Below are positions 47,371-60,600 of a stretch of DNA of 64,000 nt, in pieces. The translations under genes were made by a program, and so were the position numbers. The notes below the pieces were generated by a model. That model did no database searches. It saw only the letters and a program-made list of their open reading frames with translations, and was not told where the DNA came from. Source of the stretch: Rhizaria sp. SCN 62-66. Lineage: Eukaryota. The first letter of the stretch is position 1. Every line of letters starts with the position of its first letter. The DNA is taken from the NCBI GenBank assembly GCA_001724265.1, contig MEDY01000066.1, positions 1-64,000 on the forward strand. The letters are read 5' to 3'.

Positions 47371-48176
47371 TATCTGCGCGAAATAGACGTCAAGAAAAGA
47401 AAAAGTGGGGAAATTGGGGGTTAGGGGGGACGTAAGAGGGCAAGCGGGTGGGAGAGCAAAGTCCGAGGAGGGCCTAACGGAGTCTCGCGAAGAGACCTTG
47501 AAACCACAGGCGGACAGACAATTTGTTCCTCTATACTTGTATTATAAAGGATAAACGCGTGACTCATTAGGTTTAATTCGGGATCGCAAACTAAATCGCT
47601 ATTCTGCGAACGGAAGTCCACTTCTAGCCCGATTTTTGAAACGCGTCGGACTCTGGCAGACCGGCGTGGAACCAGCCACGGCCGACACAGCGCTCCACAC
47701 GAAACCGCTATTTCAAGATATAGCAAGAAAGTGATCAGTCATGACAGCGTAACGAGCGGGAATGTTGAGAAAATACAAATTCTTATCTTTATAGCATACA
47801 CTGAACTAATTCTCCGATTATCTTTGTGTTTGTTTTCGGACGCCGAGATTACACGTCCCTCGTCCTGCTCAGCAACACGCGGACACGATACACTGCAAAC
47901 CAGCATGCGACTGCGACTCAGAGCGCCAGCTGTTGCGCTAGCCCTCACAACCAGCAGCCGCGTGGTAGGTGTGCGTGGCGTGCCATGCTGTTGTTGTGTT
48001 GTCGCTTTAGCTCGTCATATAACAGCTAGTATCAGCGTCAAATCGAGTCATTCGTCCAATCTCTCAGTTCGCCAGGACGGATGGTTATATAAGCTCCGGC
48101 AGTCACATTTCACTCGCGCTCCTGAATCAACGCACAAAAACGCGTTATATATGTCGTGAATCAAACAAAACGCGCT

Positions 48177-48707
48177 TTACGCAGCCTTCTTGGAGAGCTC
48201 AGCAAGCTCGCGGACGTTCTTGTCCGCCTCCTGAAAAACACGCAGAGACACACAAAACGCGGAATAAAAGGCACAAGATGTGAGTGCATAAAAATTAAAC
48301 CAAAGCGATAATATACAAAGCAGAGTATGGTATAATGACAGTAAAATTAATATCTCTTAGAGAGCATTAAGGTGCTCAAATGTTGCATTTAGTATGCGTA
48401 CCTGGAAGCGCTTCTGGTGGACCTCGACGGCCTTCTCGAGCTTGGCCATCTCGGCCGTGTTGGTCTCGATGATGCCCTTGATCTCGGAGCGAATCTCCGG
48501 CAGCGAGTCCTGCAGAAAGAGGCGGCCGACAGAGCGGTACACCGTGGCCTCCTCGGGGAGGTCCTGGAGGTCGGCCAGAGTGAGCTCGGAGCGGCGCTTG
48601 ATCGTCGTCGCCTGCATGAACTGGTTCTTGGTCAGGAAGAGCGTGCGCTCGGAGGCCTGGCGCAGCTGGAAGGCCTTCATCAGCTCCTCGTTCGTCACGG
48701 CGGACAT
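48177..48707 (-). CDS. PFDN1: Prefoldin subunit 1 (beta-type)
   Basis: Exons 48707-48402 and 48230-48177. ELMKAF, RRSELT..L.DLPEEATVYRSVGRLF and EADKNVREL. Stop TAA. Confidence 0.85.
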
Positions 48708-49139
48708 GAGCGGCGGCGGGGTCTAAGGGACGGGGCGGCGGGTTGCGAGCAGGACAGGGAGGAAGAGAGGGCGTGTGTGAGAGATTGGGCCGTTGTACTA
48801 GGGGCACATGGGAAAGGATCAGGAATAGTACGAAAACAAAATGGACAATGCGGATAATATGAAAAGAGTCTATGCATATCCATCATCTGGTTATTTTGCT
48901 TATCAACGGTCGCTTTGGAGCACCAGAGCATGCGCCAGTTTGAATAACTGCTCGGCAAACTCAAGCCGCCAGTCAAGCTGGCTCGCGTTCGATCGTGCGG
49001 CCAGTCGGTTGACCGAGACACCGAGTCACCACTAACGGACCGAAGGCGGATCTGGGACTGACCAGGGATTCTTGATGTGTGCATTTGGCCTTGATAAGTC
49101 CATTTTTTCGCTCTGTTTCTTTGATAATCGCGTGCAAGG

Positions 49140-52100
49140 ATGATTCGTCGCATTGGTTTTAGTGTTAGCAAAGGCGCGCGTTGTGTTTCTGCGGCGACTG
49201 CGAACGTGGGGCAAATGACCTCGTCGATGGCCGCATCATCCGCCGCCCTCGCCGCGCCCGCCGCTATGGCCGCGGGCAGTCTTGTGTGCAACCGTGCTTC
49301 TTGCAATGTTGCGGTGCAGGGCGGTCGCAGCTATGCGTCACTCGCTTCCCGTGCCAATGTGCCTCTGTTTGCTGCCTCTGCGACGGTGACGTCTCTTCGC
49401 AGCAACAAGGTGCATATCAAGAGTACAGCGAATGCTCTCACGAGTGTGACGAAGCAGCCCTTTAGCACGTCTCTGTTTAGTCTGGCTTCCCTGCTCAACA
49501 ATAGTGTGAGCATTAGCAATAACAGTAGCAGCGCCAGCAACGTTGTTGCTCGTGCGTATGTATGTTTCTCCTCCCCTACATCACTCGCGTTCTCTCATTC
49601 CTCTCTGTCGTTGTCTGTCTCTTCTCTTTCTCTCCTTCTCTCTCGTTGCTCTTTCACTGTCGCAATCTGAAATATATACTAATATCTTAACAAAGTCTCA
49701 CTTAAGCCCAAAATTCCCTCGTTTTCCCCCTCGCTTCTCTCCACCGCCCTTGTCGTCGTCCTCCTCGCTCTCTCGCTCCACTACCTTCTTCCCTCTCTTA
49801 CCGACAACAACGCAACCGTTCTCTTCACCACTGCGAACGCCACCGTCACCGCTACACAACCCTCACTTACGCCGCAATTACTGCTGCAACATCGACAGAT
49901 GTCTACCGACGCTGCTACCGCTGCCGCCGCCGAGCCCGTCCCCGTCTCCGTGGCGCCCTTCCGCGAGTGGCTGCTCTCCACGCTGCCCGCCACGGCCACG
50001 GCCGCGCTCTCGGCCGAGCGCCGCGCGGCGCTGCTGGACGCGGCCGTGACGCCGCTGCCCGAGCTCTACGACGCCTGCCTGGCGCTGCAGGGGAGCGAAT
50101 CCGCGGTTGCGACAGCGCCCAACGCGCTGCGGTGGGACGTGCCCGCCGATGTGATGGAGTCGCTCGGCGCCAACATCATCGCCGCCAACAAGGCCACTCT
50201 CGACAAGGTACGCGTCAGTTGGGATCAATGCAAGCGCAGCAGTACTGTGCCTCATTGGGAACTACAATCGTTTCGTATTTGGTGCCCAGGATTGATGTAT
50301 AAGCGTGTTTAGTTTTAATACCACTAGAATTATTGTGCGTTTTGTCTATAATTACTTAAATTATTGTGCTAAACGCACATACTCACACTCTACATCCCTT
50401 TTTCTTGACTTGTCACTTCCCCTCCCTAGATCGCCGCGCTGCCCGCCGGCTCCCACACCTTCGCCAACACTCTCGGTGCCATCGCGGACGTGGACCGCCG
50501 CACGCAGGCGCTGTCGTCCTCGCTCTCCTTCATCGCTGAGGTCTCGACCGAGAAGGCCGCTCGCGACGCCGCCAACGCCGCCCAAGAGGCTATCCAGGCC
50601 TACGGCGTCGACGCGTCGGCGCGCGTGGACGTCTATGCCTCGGTGGCCGCCTTCAGCAAGACTGCGGAGGCGGCCGCGCTGACCGGCGAGCACAAGCGTC
50701 TGCTGGAGCACACGATGCGCGACTACATTCGCGACGGCATGGCGCTCAACGACGCGGACCGCGAGAAGCTGGTCGAGATCAAGAAGCGCATGTCGTCGAT
50801 CGCCATCAACTTCCACAAGAACGTCGCTGAGGAGGACACCAAGTTCGTCTTCACGCGCGCGCAGCTCAAGGGGCTGAGCGAAGCGCAGCTGGGCAACCTC
50901 AAGAAGGCCACTGCGGAGGATGAGGCCGTCGCCATCAACACCAAGGACAGCAAGGCTACCGAGGCCAGTCCCGAGACTGCTGCCGAGGACAAGTTCGTGG
51001 TGACTCTCAAGACGCCCGACTACATCCCTGTGATGGAGTACTGCAGCGTGATTGCCACGCGCGCCGCGCTGGAGAAGGCCTACAACTCGCGCTGCATCGC
51101 GGCCAACACGCCCATCATCGAGGAGCTCGTGTCCCTCCGCGCCAAGCAGGCCAAGCTGCTGGGCTTCGAGAACCACGCGGCGTACATTCTCGACGTGCGC
51201 ATGGCCAAGACGCCCGCGGCCGTGGGGACCTTCCTGACCTCGCTCAACACCAAGCTGGGCCCGTTGTACGCCAAGGAGCAGGCTGCCCTGCTCGCGCTTA
51301 AGCAGGAAGAGGTCCAGAAGGGCCTGTCCGCCGCCGAGGACGACGTTAAGGCCAACTTCGCGGCCGCTGACGTCAGCAAGCTGAACCCGTTCGACCGCGC
51401 GTACTACTCGCGCATCTACGAGGAGCGCGAGTTTAACGTCGACCACGAGAAGCTCAAGGAGTTTTTCCCGCTCGAGCACGTCACGCAGGCCATGTTCGGC
51501 ATCTACGAACGCATCTTTTCGATTAAAATCGTCAAGTCCTCCGCCCCCACCTGGCATGAGTCCGTGTCCTTCTACAAGGTCTTCGAGGCCGCGGCCGACG
51601 CGCCCGCGGGCGAGCAGGGCAAGGAGCTGGGCCAGTTCTACATGGACCTGCACCCGCGCCAGGGCAAGTACTCGCACGCCGCCGTCTTCACGCTCCTCTG
51701 CCCCTGCGAGCTTGCCGACGGGTACGTGTCTTAGAATATGGATATATCTCAACCAAATATTTATCGAACTGCTTAATTCTTAGACATAATATTTAAAATG
51801 TGTATAATATTCCGCATGTTTATTTTTTTGTGAAGACTCTCACATATCCGTATTTTTCATTATTTTTGTTTCTCTTCTGCTCCTTTAGCTCCCGCGCCCT
51901 CCCCGCGGCCGGCCTGGTGTGCAACTTCCCCGCCGCGACGGCCGACACGCCCGCGCTGCTGCCGCACAAGGACGTGGTGACGTACCTGCACGAGTTCGGC
52001 CACGCCATCCACCTGCTGCTGGGCAAGCCGAAGCTGCAGCGCTTCGAGGGACTCAACATTGAGCGCGACGCCGTCGAGGCGCCCTCGCAGCTGCTCGAGA

Positions 52101-52774
52101 ACTGGGCCTATAACGCCGACTCGCTGGCGCTGCTTCAGAAGCACTACCAGGACGCCGAGCGCAAGCTGCCGCAGAGCGACGTCGAGGCGCTGATCAAGTC
52201 CGAGATCGCGCTGGCGGGCGCCTTCAACAAGCGTCAGCTCGTCTTCGGTATGCTGGACCAGCGCATGCACACGCGCGATGAGGTCAACACGGCCGACCTT
52301 TACCGCGAGGTCATGCTCGAGGTCATGGGCTTTGAGCCCACGCCCGGCACTAACATGGTCGCGTCCTTCGGCCACCTCGCCGGCGGCTACGATGCGCAGT
52401 ACTACGGCTACCTCTGGTCCGAGGTCTACGCCGCTGACATGTTCCACTCGCGGTACGTCTTTCAGTGAATGTATTCGTACTTATGTGCATAACGACCCCA
52501 CTGTCTGCTTCATACTACATGCTTAAATTTTTATTCGTTTTGCCAACGACTATGTTCTCAACTCTCACTTTATTGCTTTGCTTTTTGTTGCTTTTGTATT
52601 TTTCACTCTCATCACAGCTTCGCTAAGGAGGGCGTGCTGAACCCCTCTGTGGGCCTTGCATACCGCCGTAAGATCCTCGAGAAGGGCTGCACTGAGGACG
52701 CCGCTGTGCTGCTCAAGGACTTCCTCGGCCGCGAGCCCAGCGACGACGCGTTCCTCAAGTCCAAGGGCCTCTAA
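49140..52774 (+). CDS. M3-family metallo-oligopeptidase (thimet oligopeptidase/neurolysin/Prd1-like) with N-terminal presequence exon
   Basis: Exons 49140-49559, 49899-50207, 50430-51721, 51889-52452, 52618-52774. Motifs VTLKTPDY.P, AKLLGF.NHA, YMDLHPRQGKYSHAA, zinc motif HEFGH, DAVEAPSQLLENW, FGHLAGGYDAQYYGYLWSEV and FLGREP. Stop TAA. First exon is less certain. Confidence 0.93.
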
Positions 52775-53336
52775 GCGAGATCTAAGTAACGTGTACTTCG
52801 TTGTCGTACAACCTGTGCGGATGGTGGATTGATGGTAACTATGCGTTGTTGACTAGTGCAGTCTTGAGGTTTTTTATGTTTAATCAAGGAAAATACGATG
52901 TTTATAATCAGAAATGCAATACAAAAGCAAATACAAAAGCAAACAATGTCTACCTTGCATTATCGAGATGTAGTCCTGTTGCGTAACTGATGTGCGTGTT
53001 TACGTTTGTCTTTGTATTCGCGTCGCTTTTTGTGCGATCACTTGTTTGCTACATTAAATACTGATTATAATATCGTTATTCTTCCACACTAATACGTCCC
53101 AGAACAAAAACAAGAACAAAGGTGAACGAATAGGAACTTGATCTTGTTTGCCGCTCTTGATAATGTGCGTTGGAATTAATATGATTACTTTTTTCTCTCT
53201 AAATAAACCAAAAACGTGTTGTTTCTCCGTTTTTTCACTGCGTCAAACGCAAGTACAACACTTGCGCCCTGTACCAGTGTAAGCATCACTGTTATTATGC
53301 GATATGTTACGTTAGACGTTAGTCTTAATGGCGTGC

Positions 53337-54615
53337 TTACTTCTTGTTCTTCTTCTTATTGTACTTGTCGTAGACGTTCTCGAACATGTTCTCGTCGTAC
53401 GAAGGGTCGCGCGCGCGCGCCGCACCGGCCTAAACAAAGAGTGAAAGAACGCACAAAGTAGCGAAGACAAGATAGAAAGGTGAGAAAATGATCATATGTT
53501 GACGAATTGATTACATACGTCGTAAAGGTGTCATAGGTAAATAGAAATAAGACAATATGACAATAAAAACACGATATATGCTGCAGTCATTAGCGTAAAC
53601 ACATACCTGGCGCTTGATGCGCTCCTGGAACTGCTCGTAGGTCTCGTCCTCGGGGATGTTCTCGGCCTTAGCGGCCTCTGCCTCGGCCTCGCCCTCCTCG
53701 CTGGCGCGGCGCTCTGCCTCGCGGGACTCGCGCAACGGCGCATCCTTAAGCGGGAAAAACTCCTTGTCCCACACGAAGTCGGTGGCGAGCCCGACATCGG
53801 CGAAGAAGGTCTTGAGCTGGCCCGCGACCAGGTCCTTGCACTTGCCGCCCGGCACGTGGAGGTGCAGCTGGACGAGGCGGAAGTGGCCCGGGGTAGCCGT
53901 GCGGAGGTAGAAGCGCAGCTTCTCGTTCTGGATCGTGGGGAAGGACGCCGAGGTGGAGTCCTTGAGGGCGGAGAGGAAGCCCTGCAGCATCGACAGCGAG
54001 GCCTCATTCGTCTCCTTCTGCTCGGGGTAGTTCGTCAGCAGATCCGGGTGCACCTTGGTGGCCAGAGAGCGCAGCACGGCGCTCAGCAGCGGCACCTTGG
54101 CCGCGGCCTCCTTCACCGCGGGGGCCTTGGACGCCGTCACGCGGCCCTGAAGAGAGCAACAATCAAAGCAACAGAAGAGAAGAAAGGTGGGAGAGATGGA
54201 TGTAAGAGCATTAAGAAAGCTGCCGTAAACTTAGTTAGTTGCCGTTGTTGCTGCGCAGACAGGATGAAACGACACGTACCTGGCTAGTGCCAACGCGCTG
54301 GAAGCCCTTGCTGTTGGTAGTAGCAGCAGCGGCGGCAGCGGGCTTAGCAGCAGCAGCAGCAACAGCAGCGGCAACAGGGGCAGCCTTAGCAGCGGCGGCG
54401 GGCTTGGCGGCGGCGGGCTTGGCGGCGGCGGCGGCAGACGAGAAGAGGCGGCCAGCGGGGACGACGGCGACGGGCTTGGCGGCAAGAAGCGTGCTGAAGC
54501 GCTGCTGCTGGGAGAACGAAGCAGAGACAGCAGGAGCAGAGATCGCGAAGGCAGCGGTGGCGCTGGTGAGAGCGGTGGCGCCGCGCGAGGCAGCGCGGAG
54601 GAAACGGAGGGACAT
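53337..54615 (-). CDS. Mitochondrial DUF4460 (TCAIM N-terminal-like) protein
   Basis: Exons 54615-54280, 54146-53607, 53429-53337. Arg/Ala/Ser-rich presequence MSLRFLRAASR, then LR..ATKVHPDL...P.QKETNE.SL..L..L.FY pattern. Stop TAA. Confidence 0.75.
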
Positions 54616-54984
54616 CGGGGCGGAAAAGGGCGAAAAGTCTGCAAGAGGGGAGACTCCGAGTGTCCTGAGACGGCGAACGGCGGACGCGCAAATGGTGGAG
54701 CAGGAGATAGTCAAGGGTAGGTGAGGGGCGAGCAAGGCGAGGCGGGCAGAAGTGGAGGATAGAGAGAGCGAGACTGGGCAACGAGCGCGTGCATGAGCGA
54801 AGGAAGACAGCAATTTGATGATCAAAAAACTTAATTTATAAGAATACTGGTACATTTACTAAGTGGATATCCTGGCGATTCCACTGTTGACGTGCGTATA
54901 CTCGCGAGCGAGCGTATCGAATCGGAAGCAACCCGCAGCGCTGCCGCCGGTCGAAGACGGCCGCGCAGTTGGCGTCTCGGTTGG

Positions 54985-54997
54985 GTTCGCAAAAATC
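54985..54997 (+). promoter_or_regulatory. Candidate promoter motif GTTCGCAAAAATC
   Basis: Lies in the divergent spacer between the DUF4460 and coiled-coil genes. Confidence 0.4.
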
Positions 54998-55403
54998 ATC
55001 GCTGACTGTCGGACTGCGACTTCTGCAGCCTGTTCTTTTTAGGTCTGCAGTGACACAGTTTCACCGTCTTTTGGTCTATAATAGTCCGTACTACATTAAA
55101 CGGTGGCGCATATGAGTGTCCTTTTTAGAAACTGCTTGTTTCAAGCGGTATACCTTTCGCTCTGGCATCCCCCGCGATGCTCCTTGGCCTTGTCCTCCTC
55201 TCACTCCTCTCAACTCTCCGCCTCTGCCCACTATTTGTCCGTCCACGCGCTAACTATGTAGCTACTCGCCTCTTAACTACGCACGTGCTTTTCCACTGAT
55301 AAGCTACAGCTCTTCTCTTACTCCCTACACCTCCACAACAGACCTAAACAACAACAACACCACCTCCTTTGACATCAACATCAACAGCAACGTCGGCGCC
55401 AAC

Positions 55404-57354
55404 ATGAACTCGAACGCGTCTGACGCTGCCATCAGCAGCAGTAGCAGCAGCCTCTCTGCCCCCGCTGCCTCTGCCTCTGCTGACTCAGTGTCCTCGGCCG
55501 TGCGCCGCCTGGAGGCCCGCATCGCGAACTTGGCCTCCGCGCTACACTCCGCGCAGCAGGAGCTGTCGGAGCGCACTGTCGCGCTACACAACGCGTCCAC
55601 GGCGCTGGCGGCGCTGCAGGCGCGCGCGGACGTGTCCCGCGGCGAGGCCGACGCGGCTGTGGCGCGCTACCACGACTGCGACGCGCGGCTCCAGGCCTGC
55701 CGGCTCAGATGCAACGCGCTCGAGAGGGACATCCTGACGCTCAAGGCCACGCACGCGGCTGAGGTCGAGGCCTTCGCGCTCGCCGCCAAGGTTGCCGACG
55801 GGCTCGTGCTTGACGCGTCCGCCGCCAGGGACGCGGCGCAGGAGGACGCCGCCACCGTGCGCAGGGCCGCCGCGGCCCGCGAAATGGAGCTGCAGGTACG
55901 TGCAGTTGGCACTAAAGATCAACGCATGGAGCTGGAAAACCTATATATTATTTCGTCGTGTATCTTCTGTATGTTTGTCCTTTTATCAACGTCATTTTAT
56001 GTCTCACTTTTCTTTTTCTGTTTTACTCTGGCTTTTGCTTTCCTTGTCCGTGCAGGCCGCGCACGACTCAGCCTTGCGCATGATGTCTGCGCAGCACGAC
56101 GCGATCCGCGCGCAGCTCGAGCTGCAGTTTGCCTCCGACCTGCGCGTCCTCAAGTCCGCCGCGCGCACGCAGGCCGAACCTGCGCAGCGCGAGCGCGCCA
56201 CGCGCACTGCGCACCGCAACGCTGCCAGTGCCAAGAGCGACCTGTGCGCGGCGCGCGACGCGGCCGACGCGCTCCAGCACGAGGTGCTGCTGCTCAAAGA
56301 GGAGAACGCGCGGCTGCGGCTCGCGGCGACCGAGGCGGGCGTGCGCGCGGGCGCGGGCGCTGAGTCGAGCGCGGCGGCGGCCAGCGCGGCGCAGCAAGTG
56401 CAGGCGCTGGCGGCCGAGAACGAGGCGCTGCGCGGTCGCTTCCGGCAGCTCGCTCTCGTGAGCAAGGGCGAGGTCGAGCGGCTGCGGGCGCTTGCGCAGC
56501 ACCTGACCGAGCTGGCGGTTAAGGCCGGGGTCGAGCCGGGGCAGCTCATGCCGGCGCACCTGGCGCCCGCCAACGCCAGCGCTGCCGCGAATCCTGCGGC
56601 TGCGAACAGCGCGAATGTGAGCACTCCTCACAACGGGAGTGCCAGCGCCGTGGGTGCGGGCGCGAGTGCGAGTATGGCAACTGGGAGCAAGAGCGCAATC
56701 GTGCCCCCGACGCCGTACGTGGGCATCACGTCGCCGCAGACGTCGCGCCCGCGCCCCGGCTACGCTGCCTCTGCCACTGCTGCCGCTGCGAGTCATAACA
56801 GCGGTGCATACATTGCGGGGAGCTCAAACAGCAGCAGCGGTGTCGGTCAGCTGACAAAGCCGAGCCGCACTGGCCAGTACTATGCCGGTAACGGTAACGG
56901 TTATAACAACAGCAACGACTACGAGGACGACTACGGCGACGACGACAACTACAGTGGTGACGCGTCCAACTACAACAACGGAACTCATGCATATGGGTAC
57001 GCTGCGGGCGTGCATGGTGCGGCGCCGCAGGGGGCGCTCAATGTTGGCGACACTTTACACCGCGCCGCCCTCAGTCAACAGCAGCCTCAGCCGGCCGCCC
57101 ATGGTCACTCGGCTCAGCAGCAGCAGAGGCGTCTGTCGTCTACTGGCACTGGCGCTGGCGCTGGGTTCAAGGCGAAGGCGGCTGGCAGCGGCAGCGGCAG
57201 CCGCGTTAGCTCCCCGCTGATGAGTGCGCGCGAGCGCGCGCGCGCGGTGGTCGACGCCAAGCAAAAGGCCGGGCTCAGTAACTCAGGCACTTATAGTGGC
57301 GGCAGCAGTGGTGGTAACAGTCGGCCGGCAACCTCGCGGCTCCCCGCTTACTGA
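55404..57354 (+). CDS. Hypothetical coiled-coil protein with disordered C-terminus
   Basis: Exons 55404-55895 and 56056-57354 join in phase 0 across a GTACG...CAG intron. Heptad-like Ala/Leu/Glu/Arg region. Stop TGA. The true start may lie further upstream. Confidence 0.75.
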
Positions 57355-57624
57355 ATGACAGAACAGTGGTGATAAGAGTAATGAACAAGATCTACATGGA
57401 TGTGTTTTCTTAAAGAACTTAACAAAACATTTTACTTTTACAATGGAAGTGAAGCTGATACTTTGATGTTGCTAATCGTTGGAGTGAAGATTAATATTAT
57501 GCTATGAAATGGTCAGAATAACATTATAAATCCACATAATACAGTGAGACTAGACGAGATAATAACTAATGTAACTGTATTGTCCTGTCATTACTGACAG
57601 CATTATTGATAAACGTTTTATGAC

Positions 57625-60600
57625 TTAGACCAACGCAAGCGCGTCAGTCATCATTTGTTTGTGCCACACGACGAGCTTGGCGTACTCTTCGCTGAGAATG
57701 CGGGCCTTGACCTCGACCTTGCTCAAACCGCGGTACTCATGGGCGTTGCAGCCGCTACTATTCACACTCGCGTTGAGACTTGTGTTAACGCTTGGCTGCG
57801 ACTGTGGCGGCTGCTGCAGCAGAGCGCGTAACTCCCACATCTTGCGCACATCTCGGGGCAGCTTCGACACGACCTTTTGGTGGAACTTTGCCAGAGTCGA
57901 GTACTCCTGAGTCAGTACCGACAGCTGCGTCTGCGCGTGCGCGTCCCGAGCGTCCCGGTCGCTCGCGTCAACGGCACTCGTACTGGCACTCGCGCTGACG
58001 CTCTGGACAGGAACACTTGCGACCGAGGGGCTTGCATCAGAGCTGGAGTAAGCAGAAACTGCGGCAACATCCGGCTTAGTGCAAGGGGCAACAAATGCGA
58101 CATGAGTAGGGTTAATCGCGAAAGTTACAGGCTCTGCTTGAGCAGCAGCGGTGGCCACAGGGCCTGCAACTGCACGCGCCGCGATCGCAGTCGCAGTGCT
58201 GACTGTAGGCTCAACACCCACACTGCGAGTGACCGTGGGCACAGTGACCGTGGGCATTATAGGCACTGCGCTATTGTGAGTGACCGTGGGCGCCCTGGGC
58301 CGCGGGGTTATCGCGACAATCGGGGAGGTCTGCAAGTTGCTGTACGAGCACAGCTGTACGCTCGTCTTGGCGCTGTCGACGACATTGCTGGCGACACAGG
58401 GAGTGCTGTGCACGCTCACATCGCGGCTCGTCGCGGTCGTGTTGCGAGTGCTGCTTGACTGGCTAGTGAGAGCCGCGTTGGCGCTGCTGCTGCTGTTGTT
58501 GCTGCCGATCGAGCGGACTGGTGTCTGCAAGCACTGATTGTCGGCCTTGGTGTTGTTTTCAGTGTTGTTGCATGCAGATGTGTTCGTGTTCGTGCCAGTC
58601 GTGTTACTGTGGCTGGTGCTCGAGCAAGAACTGGCGCCGCTGTGCGTAGCATGAATATGTGCGTTATTGTAAGTGCCCTGCACGGTCAGCGTGACGCCGC
58701 CATCAGCCGTCGTGACCACTGAGGGCCTGCCGTCGCGGTGCAAGGGCACCGTGAACACCTGAGTGCCAGGAGGAGCACTTACATTCTGAGCAGTTACACT
58801 CTGACCACTCACGTATGAAGCGCTGACAGCAACGCCGGGAGCGCTGACACTGTGGCAAGGGACATGAGCGCTGGCGCTGCTGCCGCCACGGGTGATCGTG
58901 ATCTGCGTGGTCATCGGCTGTTGTTGCTGCAGTTGTTGCTGACGCTGCTGTTGCTGCAACAAAAGCTGTTGCTGCTGTTGTTGTTGTTGTTGTCGTTGTT
59001 GTTGAAGCTGTTGCATCTTGTGGTTGTGATAAATGCTGGTATTGTTGTTGTTGTTAATGTCCCTGATGCAAGGCTTGCTACCGGCGTTGCAAGCGACACT
59101 CACACTTGCGCGACTGGGTACACGGGCATTGATGCTCGCACCAACAGACCTGCTCGCACTCGCATGCACGCCCACACTCGTCCGCGCATGGCCGCCAGCA
59201 ACGCCAGCATTCGCACCCTGCATCGTGACACTGGGCTTGCCAACCGTGTTCGCCTTGGTGTACGCAGCTGCAGCCGGATGAGAAAAGGCTCCAACTTGAA
59301 GCCGCACATTGGCAAGCAAGTTTTTGAGCCCTGTTGCGTCAGCGTTTTTAACCGCAACAGTCGCCTTTCGCGCGCTCTCTGCCGCGGCCCCCGCCTCGGC
59401 CATAGTAGCGCGCATGGCGCCCTGCTGCACCGACTGGACCCAGTCCCAGAGCAACACGGAGCCGGCGGCCGGGTCCGCCGCCAGAGCCGCCGCGAGGGTC
59501 GCCGGCAGCGCGGGCAGGGCGGGGGGCAGCGGGGTGTCAGGCGCGGCTGCGAGCGCGGCAGCAAGCGCAACGGGGGGCGCAGCAGCGGGCGCGGCGGGAG
59601 GCGCGGGGGAGGCAGGGACGGGCAGGGCGGGGGGCAGAGTGGGCGGGGCGACTGAGGGCTGAGACTGGATCGGGGGCACGGGCACAGCGGCAGAGAGCTA
59701 GGGCTGAGGCTGATACCGAGGCTGGGACTGCAGCTCAGGCTCAGCCTGAGGCTCCGACTAAGATTGGGGCCGATGGGAGCAACAGCACTGCGACTGCGAG
59801 TGCTTGTTGCAACTCATGTTCGTCGCCTTGGGCACAGAAACAGACACGTGCATTGACACCGGCTTACACACACTTGCGAGGTCGCTGTCACTGTTTTCAG
59901 TGCCACAGTCACCCTTACACGCGCGCCCCTTAGAGGCCGCCGCAGCCGTCGCCGCGGCAAGCGTCGCCTTGTTCGCCGCCGCGGCCGCAGCCTCCGCCGC
60001 CGCCGCGGCCTGGCCCGCGGCCCGCTGCGTTGCTGAGGTCACGGCTGCAGTGGCGGCGCGGGCCGCGCTCGCAGCGGCGGCCACCACGGCGGCCTTCTTG
60101 CTACTGGTGCTGTGACTAAGGGGGTACTTAGACAAGTCGCCGCAAGGGCGACCGTGGGAAAAGTCAGGAAACCAGTCAGCGGTGGGGGCGCCATGCGCGG
60201 CCGCCAGCGCCAGAGCGGCGGGGCCAGTGAGCTTCGCACCCACAGGCACTGCGGTCGGCACAGCTGCAGCATGCGCACCCACACCCGTGAGGCCACTGGA
60301 AGCGTGCGTGTTGTGGGCGCAGTGTGAGTTGGCGTGCAGCAGCGCGTCGTTGTACTCGTCGTCGTAGTGGTCGTTGGCGTCGTCTTGCTCCTGCTGCTGC
60401 AGCTGCTCGCAGTCGCCCAGGGGCAGGTCCTCGGGCAATAATACGGCGGCGGGGAATCGGGGGCGCAGTGCAGGCGAGTGGCGGCTCCACTTCTGTTGAT
60501 GCTCGTGGCGGCCTGACTTGTCGTAATGACGACTTGACTTTAGTTCGTATTGATTATTGCCGTGGTAAGTGTTGGCGCAGTGACTGAGCCTAGTCGGGTG

